This document shows positions 15,009 to 24,305 of a stretch of DNA of 36,337 nt, in pieces. The stretch is from a virus: positions 1 to 36,337 of the IMG/VR virus record IMGVR_UViG_3300013947_000013; one strand, written 5' to 3'. Each line of letters begins with the position of its first letter. Position 1 is the first letter of the stretch. A program made the translations under genes and the position numbers. The notes beneath the pieces were generated by a model. The model was given only the letters and a program-made list of their open reading frames with translations, did no database searches and had not been told where the DNA came from.

Positions 15009-16757
15009 ATGACAAAAGAACATTTATTAGATAATGCAACATTCATTGAAATATTTTCTATCTCAAGCGAAATAGAGAGAGCAAGAAAAGTAATAGAATT
15101 AACTGAAAAAGCAAAAGAACTTAAATGTCAAAGAGAATTCAGTCGAATGTTAAAAGTTTATGAAAAGGAATTAGCAAATAAAGTATCGTTTGATAATGAA
15201 ATTGTCATAAAAGATATACCACTTAATGGATTACACTTGAATAGTTTTACCTGTAATAATAAGGGAATTTTTAAAAAAGGTGAAAAAGTATGTTATACAC
15301 CAGTCATTATTTGTGAGATTCTTACAAATAAGGAAACTAAAAATGAAAAGGTTAGATTGGCTGTTTATAATATCAGAACGAAAAAATGGGAAACCTTTGT
15401 TGTAGATAATAAATGTTTAACTTCGAATAGTAGGATTTTACGACTTAACGATTATAAAGTCAGTGTTGATTCTGAAAATGCTAGGGAAATGGTAAAGTAT
15501 TTTACTGAATTAAAAAATGAAAATATTAATATTATTCCGACAGGAGAGTGTTTTTCCTCTCTTGGTTGGAATGGCAATGATTTTGCCCCTTATAATAATT
15601 TGAATATATTAGATAATGCTGATGATTTTAAACAGATATTTAATTCAATAAGAGAGCAAGGTGAATACAATAAATGGCTAGAAATTGTAAAAGAAACTAG
15701 AAAGAATAAATATGTAAAACTAGCGATGGCAACAACTTTTGCTAGTCCTTTATTGGAAAAACTAAATGTAATGCCTTATATAGTGAATCTGTGGAGTTCA
15801 AAGAGTGGCAATGGTAAAACTGTTGGCTGTATGATTGCAATGAGTTGTTGGGGAGATCCATCGACTAAAGGGTTACAGTTTAGTTCTGATAGTACTTTAA
15901 ATTACTATATGAAAGTTGCTAGTTTTTTAAAAAATATAACTATGTATTGTGATGAGTTTCAAAAGGTTAGAAGTAGTAATTTGGATGAACTAGTAATGAC
16001 ACTTGCAAATGGTAAGGATAAAGGAAGATTAAATATTGATAGAAAATCAGAAGAAGAATGTTATTGGAATAATACTTTTTTATTTACGAATAATGAGAAA
16101 GTTACTAAAGAAAATTATGGGGAACAAGTTTTCAACAGAATTGTTGATGTAGAATGTGATGGTGTTGTTGTTGAATCAAACGAAGGAAATAAAATTGTTG
16201 GAATAATAAAAGAAAACTTTGGCTTCGCTGGAAAGATATATATTGAATATATTACTAAAGTTGGATTTAAAGTAATCAATGAAAGAGTACAAAAGTATGT
16301 TGAAAAATTATGTAATGATTATTCTGCTACAGCAAAGCAAGCGGTTTGTATAGCAACATTATTGGTTGCAAATGAATTAAGTCAGGAATGTTTATTTCCT
16401 AATGAAGATAATTTAACTATTGATGATATTAAAGAAAGTATTAATTCTAAACAAGAAACTGAAACTTGGAGAAAGGCTTATCGATATATTATTAATGATT
16501 TTACAGCAAATGATAATCATTTTGATACATCATATACAGAATGTTGGGGTCGATCTGCTGATTACTATTATGAAGTTAATAAAGGAAAACTTGTTGAAAG
16601 ACTTAAAAATGGTCAATTTGAGTTTGACAGTATAAAAAAAGATTGGGAAAAAAATGGAATACTTGAAAAAAATTCTCAGGGAAGATATGCCACTTATACA
16701 AAATTTGGAGATTTAAAAAAAGCATATTATGTACATATAAACAAAATAGAGGTATAA
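15009..16757 (+). CDS. Replication initiator / SF3-type helicase (DUF927- or D5-like)
   Basis: Walker A SKSGNGKT and Walker B MYCDEFQ. The iteron origin lies immediately downstream. Confidence 0.6.
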   Translation: MTKEHLLDNATFIEIFSISSEIERARKVIELTEKAKELKCQREFSRMLKVYEKELANKVSFDNEIVIKDIPLNGLHLNSFTCNNKGIFKKGEKVCYTPVIICEILTNKETKNEKVRLAVYNIRTKKWETFVVDNKCLTSNSRILRLNDYKVSVDSENAREMVKYFTELKNENINIIPTGECFSSLGWNGNDFAPYNNLNILDNADDFKQIFNSIREQGEYNKWLEIVKETRKNKYVKLAMATTFASPLLEKLNVMPYIVNLWSSKSGNGKTVGCMIAMSCWGDPSTKGLQFSSDSTLNYYMKVASFLKNITMYCDEFQKVRSSNLDELVMTLANGKDKGRLNIDRKSEEECYWNNTFLFTNNEKVTKENYGEQVFNRIVDVECDGVVVESNEGNKIVGIIKENFGFAGKIYIEYITKVGFKVINERVQKYVEKLCNDYSATAKQAVCIATLLVANELSQECLFPNEDNLTIDDIKESINSKQETETWRKAYRYIINDFTANDNHFDTSYTECWGRSADYYYEVNKGKLVERLKNGQFEFDSIKKDWEKNGILEKNSQGRYATYTKFGDLKKAYYVHINKIEV

Positions 16758-16779
16758 AAATAGCACAAAATGTATTTTT

Positions 16780-17027
16780 TCTCACATCAAAAAAAGTTTG
16801 TAAACCCTTATAAAATAAAGCAGTCTCACATTCTCACATAATTTTTAGTACATAGAGTTATATATAAGTATATTAAATTATTTAATACAAAAAAGTTTAA
16901 TATATATTACTTATAATAAAAAGATGTGAGAAATGTGAGATTAAATGAAAAAACATATTTAAATAAATGTTTTTATTAAATATCAATATGTGAGATAAAA
17001 TGTAAGAAAATGTAAGAATATGTGAGA
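16780..17027. repeat. Origin of replication: inverted sets of ATGTGAGA iterons around an AT-rich palindrome
   Basis: TCTCACAT at 16780, 16824 and 16832. ATGTGAGA at 16924, 16933, 16988 and 17020. ATGTAAGA variants at 17000 and 17010. Palindrome TATTAAAT-T-ATTTAATA at 16871-16887. Confidence 0.65.
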
Positions 17028-17073
17028 ATTAATATATAAATATATATTATTATAAAAAAAGAAAGGAATAAAA

Positions 17074-17571
17074 ATGATTAATTTAGATATAGAATCAATT
17101 GAATGGGAGTATGAAAATCCTAGTAAGTTAGTTGGTAGAAAGGTAGTTAGTTTAGAAGAATCAATATTAAGTTGTCTATTACAAAAGCCTGAACTTATGA
17201 ATAAATTAATTGTTGATGAAACTGATTTTAATGATTATCCAAAGCAATTCAAGTTTTTTCAAAACTTTTATGAAAGGTTTGGATGTTTAGATTTAGTATT
17301 AATGGCAAATAAAATAAGACCAAGTGACAGACATAAAATTATAGATGTTTTTGATAAATTAATTGATTTTGAACCATCACCAAGTTGTTTTAGATTATAT
17401 CAAGAGGCTTTGCTTGAATATAACAAAGAAAATCATAAAAAGATATTAGAAAATAAAATGAAAGAACAAATATTACAAACTATTGTAGAATTAAATGAAA
17501 AAAATGAAGGTTTAGATATTTGGTTTAAAAAGATAGAGGAGATAAAAAATGAATATGATAAAGAAAAATAG
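17074..17571 (+). CDS. DnaB N-terminal-domain-like protein
   Basis: LEESILSCLLQKPELMNKLIV...F resembles the start of replicative helicase N-terminal domains. No ATPase domain is present. Confidence 0.4.
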   Translation: MINLDIESIEWEYENPSKLVGRKVVSLEESILSCLLQKPELMNKLIVDETDFNDYPKQFKFFQNFYERFGCLDLVLMANKIRPSDRHKIIDVFDKLIDFEPSPSCFRLYQEALLEYNKENHKKILENKMKEQILQTIVELNEKNEGLDIWFKKIEEIKNEYDKEK

Positions 17572-17590
17572 CAAAGAGGTGAAAAAAACA

Positions 17591-18046
17591 ATGATAATTG
17601 AAATGGATACTCGTAATCAAAAAGATGAATATGTAACTGAGTATTTAGATAATCAAAATATAAAGTGGATTCGTAATAAACTTTATTCAGGTGATGTTAA
17701 GTTGGTTAATAGCACAAAAGTGATTATTGACTTAAAGAAAGATTTACTAGAAATGAGTGGCAATCTTACTAGCTTAAAGGAACATGAAAGAGTTAAAAGA
17801 GAAATAGCAAGAGCTAGAGAAATAGGATGCGAAAGATTTATATTTCTTATTAAGGAACAAAAAATAAAAGAAATTAATGAAGTGGCTACTTGGAGTTCTA
17901 AAAGAACAAAAGTTAAAGGTGAAACATTGATGAAAATAATGAACACTATGGCTGAAAGATATAATGTTGAATTTGTATTCACTACTAAAGAAAATGCAGG
18001 TTCAAAAATAGTAGAGTTGTTAAGTAGTGAAGAAATAAGATTTTAA
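17591..18046 (+). CDS. Putative ERCC4/Hef-type nuclease (resolvase-like)
   Basis: YSGDVKL...VIIDLKKDLLEMSGNL is similar to the GDY...ERK..DL motif pattern. Start chosen at ATG 17591, after SD AGAGGTG. Confidence 0.35.
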   Translation: MIIEMDTRNQKDEYVTEYLDNQNIKWIRNKLYSGDVKLVNSTKVIIDLKKDLLEMSGNLTSLKEHERVKREIARAREIGCERFIFLIKEQKIKEINEVATWSSKRTKVKGETLMKIMNTMAERYNVEFVFTTKENAGSKIVELLSSEEIRF

Positions 18047-18062
18047 AAGTGAGGTTGATATA

Positions 18063-18257
18063 GTGAAAAATATTAGTGATGAAAAATCTTTAGATACAAT
18101 AGAGAAATTAAAGGAAGAAATAGAAGAACTAAAAGAGGAAATTAAGAAGAAAAATAAAAAAATTAAAGAATTACAAGAATTTCAAAAAGAAGTTTGTGAT
18201 GACATTGAAAGATATCCATATGGATATTTTGGTGTTAGTGAAAGTGATTTTCATTGA
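18063..18257 (+). CDS. Hypothetical coiled-coil protein (GTG start)
   Basis: SD GAGG lies 8 nt upstream. 64 aa. Confidence 0.45.
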   Translation: MKNISDEKSLDTIEKLKEEIEELKEEIKKKNKKIKELQEFQKEVCDDIERYPYGYFGVSESDFH

Positions 18258-18268
18258 TAGGTGTGATT

Positions 18269-18499
18269 ATGAATGAAAGTGAATTTAAGTTACAGTTTTA
18301 TTTCAACCTTTATAAAGATAAATCAATGATTAATTCAAGTATGTTTAGAGCAAAGTTTAAGAAATTACATGGTGATTTTAAGTATTTGGACAAGCTAGTT
18401 GTAGCAATAGAAAACTACCAAATAAAAAAGTATGGATGTACTTTAGGAAATGGATCTATGGATAAAAATAGTAGACCGGAAAGGATTAGAAAAATATGA
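18269..18499 (+). CDS. Hypothetical early protein
   Basis: SD AGGTG lies 5 nt before ATG 18269. The track uses the upstream TTG at 18254. Confidence 0.5.
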   Translation: MNESEFKLQFYFNLYKDKSMINSSMFRAKFKKLHGDFKYLDKLVVAIENYQIKKYGCTLGNGSMDKNSRPERIRKI

Positions 18500-18720
18500 A
18501 ACCAAATGAATTAACTGAAAAAGAAATAAAAAAAATGCAAAAAAAGTTCCCACAAATTAAAAAGAGAAAAAGATTAAACAAAGAAGAATTACAAATAAGA
18601 AAAATAAAAAGAGATATATTAATGCAAACAACGATAGAGTTTTTAATAATAATGTTCTTTATTATAGCAGGAGCAATGTTGTTAGTATCATTAATTCTTA
18701 TGATTCAATATAAGTGGTAA
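18496..18720 (+). CDS. Hypothetical protein with C-terminal TM helix
   Basis: ATGA coupling. Basic N-terminus, then the hydrophobic stretch FLIIMFFIIAGAMLLVSLILMI. Confidence 0.5.
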   Translation: MKPNELTEKEIKKMQKKFPQIKKRKRLNKEELQIRKIKRDILMQTTIEFLIIMFFIIAGAMLLVSLILMIQYKW

Positions 18721-18730
18721 GGAGATAAAA

Positions 18731-19174
18731 ATGAGAAATATAGAAGAAATTAGAAAGACACCTAACTTGTTCATAGAAGCAGAAGCAGAAAATGATGGAA
18801 TGGGTGGTAAATATTATGATAAATATACTGGCAAATGGTTAAACTTTATTTTTAGTTGTCAAATGGGTTGGGAACATTTATCAGTTAGTATGCCAAATAG
18901 AACTCCTACTTGGGAACAGATGTGTATTATGAAAGATATATTTTGGAAAAAAGATGAGGCTTGTGTTGAATATCATCCAAGAGAAGAAGATTATGTAAAC
19001 AATCACAAACATTGCCTACATATATGGAGACCAACACATGAACCACTCCCTACTCCACCAAGTGTATTAGTTGGATTTAGAAGTGAAGAAGAAAAGCAAG
19101 CCTTCTTAATGATGGCAAATGCTATGGGGGTTGAAATAAACAAATGGAAATATAACAAAAGGGAGAAACAATAA
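18731..19174 (+). CDS. Conserved-looking phage protein of unknown function
   Basis: SD AAGGAG. W/H/C-rich core: WEHLSVSMPNRTPTWEQM...HCLHIWRP. Confidence 0.55.
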   Translation: MRNIEEIRKTPNLFIEAEAENDGMGGKYYDKYTGKWLNFIFSCQMGWEHLSVSMPNRTPTWEQMCIMKDIFWKKDEACVEYHPREEDYVNNHKHCLHIWRPTHEPLPTPPSVLVGFRSEEEKQAFLMMANAMGVEINKWKYNKREKQ

Positions 19175-19425
19175 TGTTAAAAATTAAAGATAATGTTGAT
19201 TTAAAACAATTAGAAAAGTATGGGTTTAAAAAAGAACCTGAAAAAAGTTATTATTATAAAAATTGTGTTGATTATGAATTATTTGTATGGATTACAAAAG
19301 GTTATGACTATAAGCCAAAATATATTTATATTGAACCAAAAGAATATTCAATGATAATTTCCAATTTTAATATATTATATGACTTAATAAAAGATGGTTT
19401 AGTAGAAAAGGTAGATGATAAATAA
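19174..19425 (+). CDS. Hypothetical early protein
   Basis: TAATG coupling. 83 aa. Confidence 0.5.
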   Translation: MLKIKDNVDLKQLEKYGFKKEPEKSYYYKNCVDYELFVWITKGYDYKPKYIYIEPKEYSMIISNFNILYDLIKDGLVEKVDDK

Positions 19426-19730
19426 TGACTGCTAAAGAAAGAAAGAACAATTTTAATATTGTTAAAAAAGAATATCAAGTGGATGAAATTAATAAAATAC
19501 TTGGAAAAATAAATGACCAAATCGAAATTTATAGGAAAATATATAGAACTATGCCAACATTTATAATTATATCAAATGAATTGCAAAAGTTATTAAGTTT
19601 AAATAATAATTTAATGGGTCAATATGAATCGATATTTATAAATGATGGATACTTAGTAGCAAATAGAATATTTGGAATAATATGTTTTGTTACCCCAACA
19701 CTAAAAGACCTAGAATTTGAAATTAGATAG
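19425..19730 (+). CDS. Hypothetical early protein
   Basis: TAATG coupling. 101 aa. Confidence 0.5.
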   Translation: MTAKERKNNFNIVKKEYQVDEINKILGKINDQIEIYRKIYRTMPTFIIISNELQKLLSLNNNLMGQYESIFINDGYLVANRIFGIICFVTPTLKDLEFEIR

Positions 19731-19755
19731 CAAGGTTGGAATAAGGAGGATTAAA

Positions 19756-20046
19756 ATGACTAAAGAAGAGTTTATAGGCAAAATGCCAATGGCATATACA
19801 AATAATAATGTATATCAATTAGAAAAAGATATGAAAATAAGAGATATTGCTGATAATTGTGAAAATGAAATGAAAGAATTATTACTTAAATACGGAAGTG
19901 AAATTATTATAAATACATTTAGTGATAAAGAATATCTCCAAAGACCTGAAAATAGATTCACATTCGAGAATCAAAAACAGGCAACAAAAGAAGTCACTGG
20001 TGAGGAATTAACATTAGAAGAGTTTATGGAAAAGATAGACAAATAG
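19756..20046 (+). CDS. Hypothetical early protein
   Basis: SD AAGGAGG lies 6 nt before ATG 19756. The track start at 19717 has no SD. Confidence 0.5.
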   Translation: MTKEEFIGKMPMAYTNNNVYQLEKDMKIRDIADNCENEMKELLLKYGSEIIINTFSDKEYLQRPENRFTFENQKQATKEVTGEELTLEEFMEKIDK

Positions 20047-20193
20047 TGGAGCCACATAGAAGAAGAGAACTATTAAAGATAAGACAATCTTTTTTAGAAA
20101 GATATAAACTTGCCAAACAATTTAAAGATAGTTTTTATACTGAATATTTTGCTAAACAAATAAGAGACATAGATGAAGAATTGGAGGAAAACG

Positions 20194-20475
20194 ATGGAAA
20201 GAAAAATAATTTATAAAGAAAATAGTGAAGAGTATAGAGCAATTAAATTATTAGAAAAAAAGACTAGAAATTATAGTTTAGATGGTGAAGATTTACACTA
20301 TGCGATAATACTTTACAATTTAATTATTAATCTATCAATTAAAAATCAACAACTAAAAGAAGAAGTTGAAGCAGTAAACAAAGGCTTAAGAAAAGTACAG
20401 GAAAGAAGTATTAAATACAAAAATAGATGCTTTGAGTTGAATAAAAAAATTTATGAATTAGAAGAGCAACTTTAA
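20194..20475 (+). CDS. Coiled-coil protein (upstream half of a frame interrupted by TAA)
   Basis: SD GGAGG lies 6 nt before ATG 20194. TAA at 20473-20475. The same frame stays open to 20754. Confidence 0.5.
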   Translation: MERKIIYKENSEEYRAIKLLEKKTRNYSLDGEDLHYAIILYNLIINLSIKNQQLKEEVEAVNKGLRKVQERSIKYKNRCFELNKKIYELEEQL

Positions 20476-20541
20476 GATATAACCTTATGTAGAGATATAG
20501 CAAGTGGACACAGAAAAGAAGTTCAAGATAGAGAAACCATA

Positions 20542-20754
20542 TTGTTAAATCAACAAAAGGAGTTTATAAAATGGCTAGAAGATAAAATACAACAACAAGA
20601 AACAGCAATAGCAGAAAATCAAGAAAAATTATATTTCTTAATATATGAAGATGAGAAAGAGGATTTAAAGTCATCTTCACAAAAAGCATATATAAGAAGA
20701 ATAATTCTTATAGAAATTTTACAAAAATATAAAGAAATAATAGGAGGTAAATAA
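20542..20754 (+). CDS. Coiled-coil protein (downstream half; only a TTG start is available)
   Basis: No ATG and no clear SD. In frame with 20194..20475. Confidence 0.35.
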   Translation: MLNQQKEFIKWLEDKIQQQETAIAENQEKLYFLIYEDEKEDLKSSSQKAYIRRIILIEILQKYKEIIGGK

Positions 20755-20993
20755 TGAAGTTAATATTAGGAAAATTAAACAATGGTGCTATATTTTACTG
20801 GGATATATCTCATATGCAATTGAAACCAGTAGTAGGAGATTATGCAATAGTAGGAAATAAAAATGATTATGATCTAGTAAAGATAATAGGAATAGTAGAA
20901 ACTAGTGAAAAATATTATAAACAATTAACTCATGATTGTGAATTAAAACAAGCTGTATGCTTATTAAAAAGAAATATGATTAGAAATGATTAA
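20754..20993 (+). CDS. Hypothetical protein
   Basis: TAATG coupling. 79 aa. Confidence 0.5.
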   Translation: MKLILGKLNNGAIFYWDISHMQLKPVVGDYAIVGNKNDYDLVKIIGIVETSEKYYKQLTHDCELKQAVCLLKRNMIRND

Positions 20994-21031
20994 CAATATC
21001 AGGGGAATAAGGTTATGGAAAGGGGAAGTAA

Positions 21032-21478
21032 ATGTATATAGAATACAATGAGCTGTTAAAGCAATTCAAAAAAGCAGAGAGAAACTATAACGAAGCATTA
21101 GAAAAGAAAAGCGAATTAATATTATCTGTAATGCCAGGAGCGGTAAAGCCTAAAGAAGTTATGGTAACCATAAATACTTCACCAGACACTAATTTAATTA
21201 ACTACACGAGTGAAATAGATGAAGTTGATAAATTGATTAACCAAAGTAGAAATACACGAGATATGCTAAATTATGAGCTTAAGAAGAAGTTAATCAAAAT
21301 GAAAGAAGAAGGGGATGTATATGACAAAATATACATTTATAGATGGATAGAGCATAGATCTGTGTATAAATTTCATAAATTAGTTGGTTATAGTAAAACA
21401 CAAGTATATGATTATATTTCAGAAATGAAGAAAAAATTATATAAAAATGAAAGTTCGGACAAAATCGGACAAATCTAG
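21032..21478 (+). CDS. Late-gene transcriptional activator (sigma region 4 / ArpU-RinA-like)
   Basis: C-terminal HTH in IYRWIEHRSVYKFHKLVGYSKTQVYDYISEMKKKL. It is the last gene before the packaging module. Confidence 0.5.
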   Translation: MYIEYNELLKQFKKAERNYNEALEKKSELILSVMPGAVKPKEVMVTINTSPDTNLINYTSEIDEVDKLINQSRNTRDMLNYELKKKLIKMKEEGDVYDKIYIYRWIEHRSVYKFHKLVGYSKTQVYDYISEMKKKLYKNESSDKIGQI

Positions 21479-21833
21479 GTATACAATGATATTGTGATAA
21501 TATATAGTTCACATATTATACCTCACACTACCTATTAGTAGGTAGTATACTGATAATATATAAAAAGCGCGGGTTGAAAGTTAAGGTTAATTTGCTTTTA
21601 ATATCACTATAAAAATCAAAGTACAAGATTAGTGGTTACTTTCAAGAGAGTTAGGTTGAGTATGGCCAACAAAACACCTATAAATACCTTTATATTATTA
21701 GTATAGTACTTACTAATACGAGATTACATACCTCCTTTACTCTATTAAATGATATTTATCTTTTTCATTTAGTATGTAATCAGAATATGGATACACTAGT
21801 GTCTTTTTATTATGTAAAAAAGGGTTGATTAGT

Positions 21834-21965
21834 ATGAACTATAAAAAGTGTATGAAGAATAATACTTGCAAAACTTGTAGTGATTATTTGTTTTGTAAAG
21901 AAGAAACACCAAAAAGGGGTAAAAAGAAAAACAAGAAGGCAAACTTGTATAAAAATAGGAAGTGA
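21834..21965 (+). CDS. Possible 43-aa Cys-rich basic micro-protein
   Basis: CMKNNTCKTCSDYLFC followed by a K-rich tail. The SD is weak. Its stop overlaps the terS start region. Confidence 0.3.
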   Translation: MNYKKCMKNNTCKTCSDYLFCKEETPKRGKKKNKKANLYKNRK

Positions 21966-21970
21966 TGAAG

Positions 21971-22402
21971 ATGGCTTTAAATATGAGACAAGAAAAATTT
22001 ATTCAAAACATAATTAAGGGTATGAGTCAAAGGCAAGCTTATAAAGATGTTTATAAATCTAAATACAGCGATAAAGCAATAGATGAGCATGCAAGTACTT
22101 TATTTAATTCTGCAAAGGTTCAGGAAAGGTATAAGGAACTATTGAAAGAATTAGAAGATAAGGCTATTATGAGTGCTAAAGAACGAATGATATGGTTATC
22201 AAAAGTTGTAAATGGTGAAATATTAGAAGATGTACCATTAATGACTGATATTAATGAAGATAAAGTAAATACAATAAAATGCCCTACAAAATTAGACACT
22301 AGACTTAAAGCTTTGGATACACTTAATAAAATGAGTGGAGAATATACAACAAAGGTTGAAGCTGATTTAGATTTTAATATAAGAGTTGAATTAGATGACT
22401 AG
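21971..22402 (+). CDS. terS: Terminase small subunit
   Basis: SD AGGAAG lies 8 nt before ATG 21971. The N-terminus (LNMRQEKFIQNIIKGMSQRQAYKDVY...) fits the Terminase_2-type pattern. Overlaps terL. Confidence 0.7.
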   Translation: MALNMRQEKFIQNIIKGMSQRQAYKDVYKSKYSDKAIDEHASTLFNSAKVQERYKELLKELEDKAIMSAKERMIWLSKVVNGEILEDVPLMTDINEDKVNTIKCPTKLDTRLKALDTLNKMSGEYTTKVEADLDFNIRVELDD

Positions 22403-23897
22403 AGAAATTAAAATATCAATATCAAAAAAGGTATTTAATAGTGTATATATACCTTATTTAGATAATATAAGCAGATATTTGATATTTTATGGTGGTGCTG
22501 GTAGTGGTAAGTCCTTCTTCGTTGTTGAAAGATACATATATAAAATACTTAATTCAAAATTAATGAACTTATTAACAGTTCGTGCTACTGGTAAGAGTAA
22601 TAGAGATAGTACATTTGCTTTGTTCAAGCAGGTTATTAATAAATGGCATTTAGGTATGCACTTCAAAATAAATGAAAGTGATCTAAGAATAAAGTGTTTA
22701 CTTAATGGCAATGAAATAATATTTAGTGGACTAGATGATGTTGAAAAGTTAAAATCAGTTACTTTTAGCAAAGGTGAACTTACTGATATATGGATAGAAG
22801 AAGCTTCTGAAATACTAGAAAGTGATTTCAATCAATTAGATGTCAGATTAAGAGGAAAAGGAACTAAAAAGCAAATAGTTATATCTTTTAATCCGATTGA
22901 TATTAATCATTGGCTAAAAAAGAAGTTCTTTGATGTACCAAGAGATAATTTAACTATAGTACATACAACATATAAGGATAATAAGTTCTTAGATGAAGAT
23001 TATAAGAAGTTACTAGAAAGTTATAAGTATACTGATGAGTATTATTATAATGTGTACTGCTTAGGTCAATGGGGTGTTCTAGGAAAGACTGTATTTGATG
23101 CGAGAGCAGTAAGTAGAAGATTGCAAGAAATAACTAGACCTATTAAGACTGGTTATTTTGAATATAAATATGATGATACAATGCCTGCTGGAAAAAAGAT
23201 TACTGATGTAAAATGGGTAAATGATGAAAATGGTTATATAGAACTATATGAATTGCCTAACCTATACAAATATTGCATAGGTGGTGATACTGCTGGTGAT
23301 GGCTCTGACTGGTTTACTGGGCATGTACTTAATGCAAAAACTGGCAAACAAGTTGCAAGGCTAAGACATCAAATGGATGAGGATCTATATGTAAGGCAAA
23401 TGTATTGTTTAGGTTGGTATTATGCTAATAAAAACTTAAAAACTGGTGTAGTAACACCTGCTCTTATGTGCATTGAAAGTAACTTTAGCAGTTTTCCTAA
23501 TAAAGAACTAGTAAGGCTTGGTTATCCTAATATGTTCGTAAGGGAGAAAGAAGATAGATATACAGGTATAATGGACAAGTCTTATGGCTTTAAGACCACT
23601 TCATTAACAAGACCTGTTATAATAGCAGAACTAGTTAAAATAGTTCGTGAATCTGTTGAACTAATAAATGATAAATTAACACTTGAAGAGATGCTAACTT
23701 TTGTCAGAAATGAAAAAGGAAGGCCAGAAGCACAACAAGGAGCCCATGATGATTTGGTTATGGGGCTTGCTATAGCCTATTATTCAAGGACACAAGTAAT
23801 ATTTGATGTTGAGCCGATAGAAGTAAGCCAAGCATTCAATTTCAAGTCAGAAGAGCCACTAGAGGCTGATTATGGAGAGGAGATAGTGATTGTATAA
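22395..23897 (+). CDS. terL: Terminase large subunit (PBSX / Terminase_3-like)
   Basis: Walker A FYGGAGSGKS, Walker B-like DIWIEEA, and a C-terminal nuclease-type acidic segment (GGDTAGDGSD...AHDD). Confidence 0.9.
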   Translation: MTREIKISISKKVFNSVYIPYLDNISRYLIFYGGAGSGKSFFVVERYIYKILNSKLMNLLTVRATGKSNRDSTFALFKQVINKWHLGMHFKINESDLRIKCLLNGNEIIFSGLDDVEKLKSVTFSKGELTDIWIEEASEILESDFNQLDVRLRGKGTKKQIVISFNPIDINHWLKKKFFDVPRDNLTIVHTTYKDNKFLDEDYKKLLESYKYTDEYYYNVYCLGQWGVLGKTVFDARAVSRRLQEITRPIKTGYFEYKYDDTMPAGKKITDVKWVNDENGYIELYELPNLYKYCIGGDTAGDGSDWFTGHVLNAKTGKQVARLRHQMDEDLYVRQMYCLGWYYANKNLKTGVVTPALMCIESNFSSFPNKELVRLGYPNMFVREKEDRYTGIMDKSYGFKTTSLTRPVIIAELVKIVRESVELINDKLTLEEMLTFVRNEKGRPEAQQGAHDDLVMGLAIAYYSRTQVIFDVEPIEVSQAFNFKSEEPLEADYGEEIVIV

Positions 23898-24043
23898 TGA
23901 AAAAGAAAATGTTAAGAAAGTTAAGAGAAACTTGCAATGAATTAATTGGAGAGAAAGAAACTAATAAGATAATAACTGAAGCGATAGAGGAAGTATTAGA
24001 AGAAACTAAACCTAAAAAGAAAACAAAAAAAGGTGATAAGTAA
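23897..24043 (+). CDS. Small basic/acidic ORF (48 aa) coupled to terL
   Basis: TAATG overlaps at both ends (23895-23899 and 24041-24045). Below the track cutoff. Confidence 0.45.
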   Translation: MKKKMLRKLRETCNELIGEKETNKIITEAIEEVLEETKPKKKTKKGDK

Positions 24044-24294
24044 TGGAAACAATAGCATTACTTTTTTTATTTGGTATTTTTATAATTTTATCTTATACTT
24101 TAGGACTTAAAAATGGTCAAAAGTTAAAGAACGAAGAAGAAATAAAAATACCAGAAATTAATCCTGTTAAGATAGTTAGAAATGAAATAGAAACTTTTGA
24201 ACAAAAGAAGAAACAAGACGCCTATGATACTATGATGGCTAATATTGATAACTATGATGGAACAGGACTAGGACAGAAAGATATACCTAGTTAG
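24043..24294 (+). CDS. Small protein with N-terminal TM helix
   Basis: IALLFLFGIFIILSYTLGL. Translationally coupled to the upstream ORF. Confidence 0.5.
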   Translation: METIALLFLFGIFIILSYTLGLKNGQKLKNEEEIKIPEINPVKIVRNEIETFEQKKKQDAYDTMMANIDNYDGTGLGQKDIPS

Positions 24295-24305
24295 GAGGTG
24301 TCAAG

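Noticed and set aside
16780-17027. Short repeat array considered as a CRISPR array
   Set aside because: The repeats are only 8 bp, occur in two opposed orientations with irregular 9-44 bp spacing, and no cas genes are present. The pattern fits replication iterons.
20046-20216. 56-codon GTG-start ORF filling the gap 20047-20193
   Set aside because: There is no SD upstream of the GTG, and it overlaps the better-supported start at 20194. It is kept only as a possibility.
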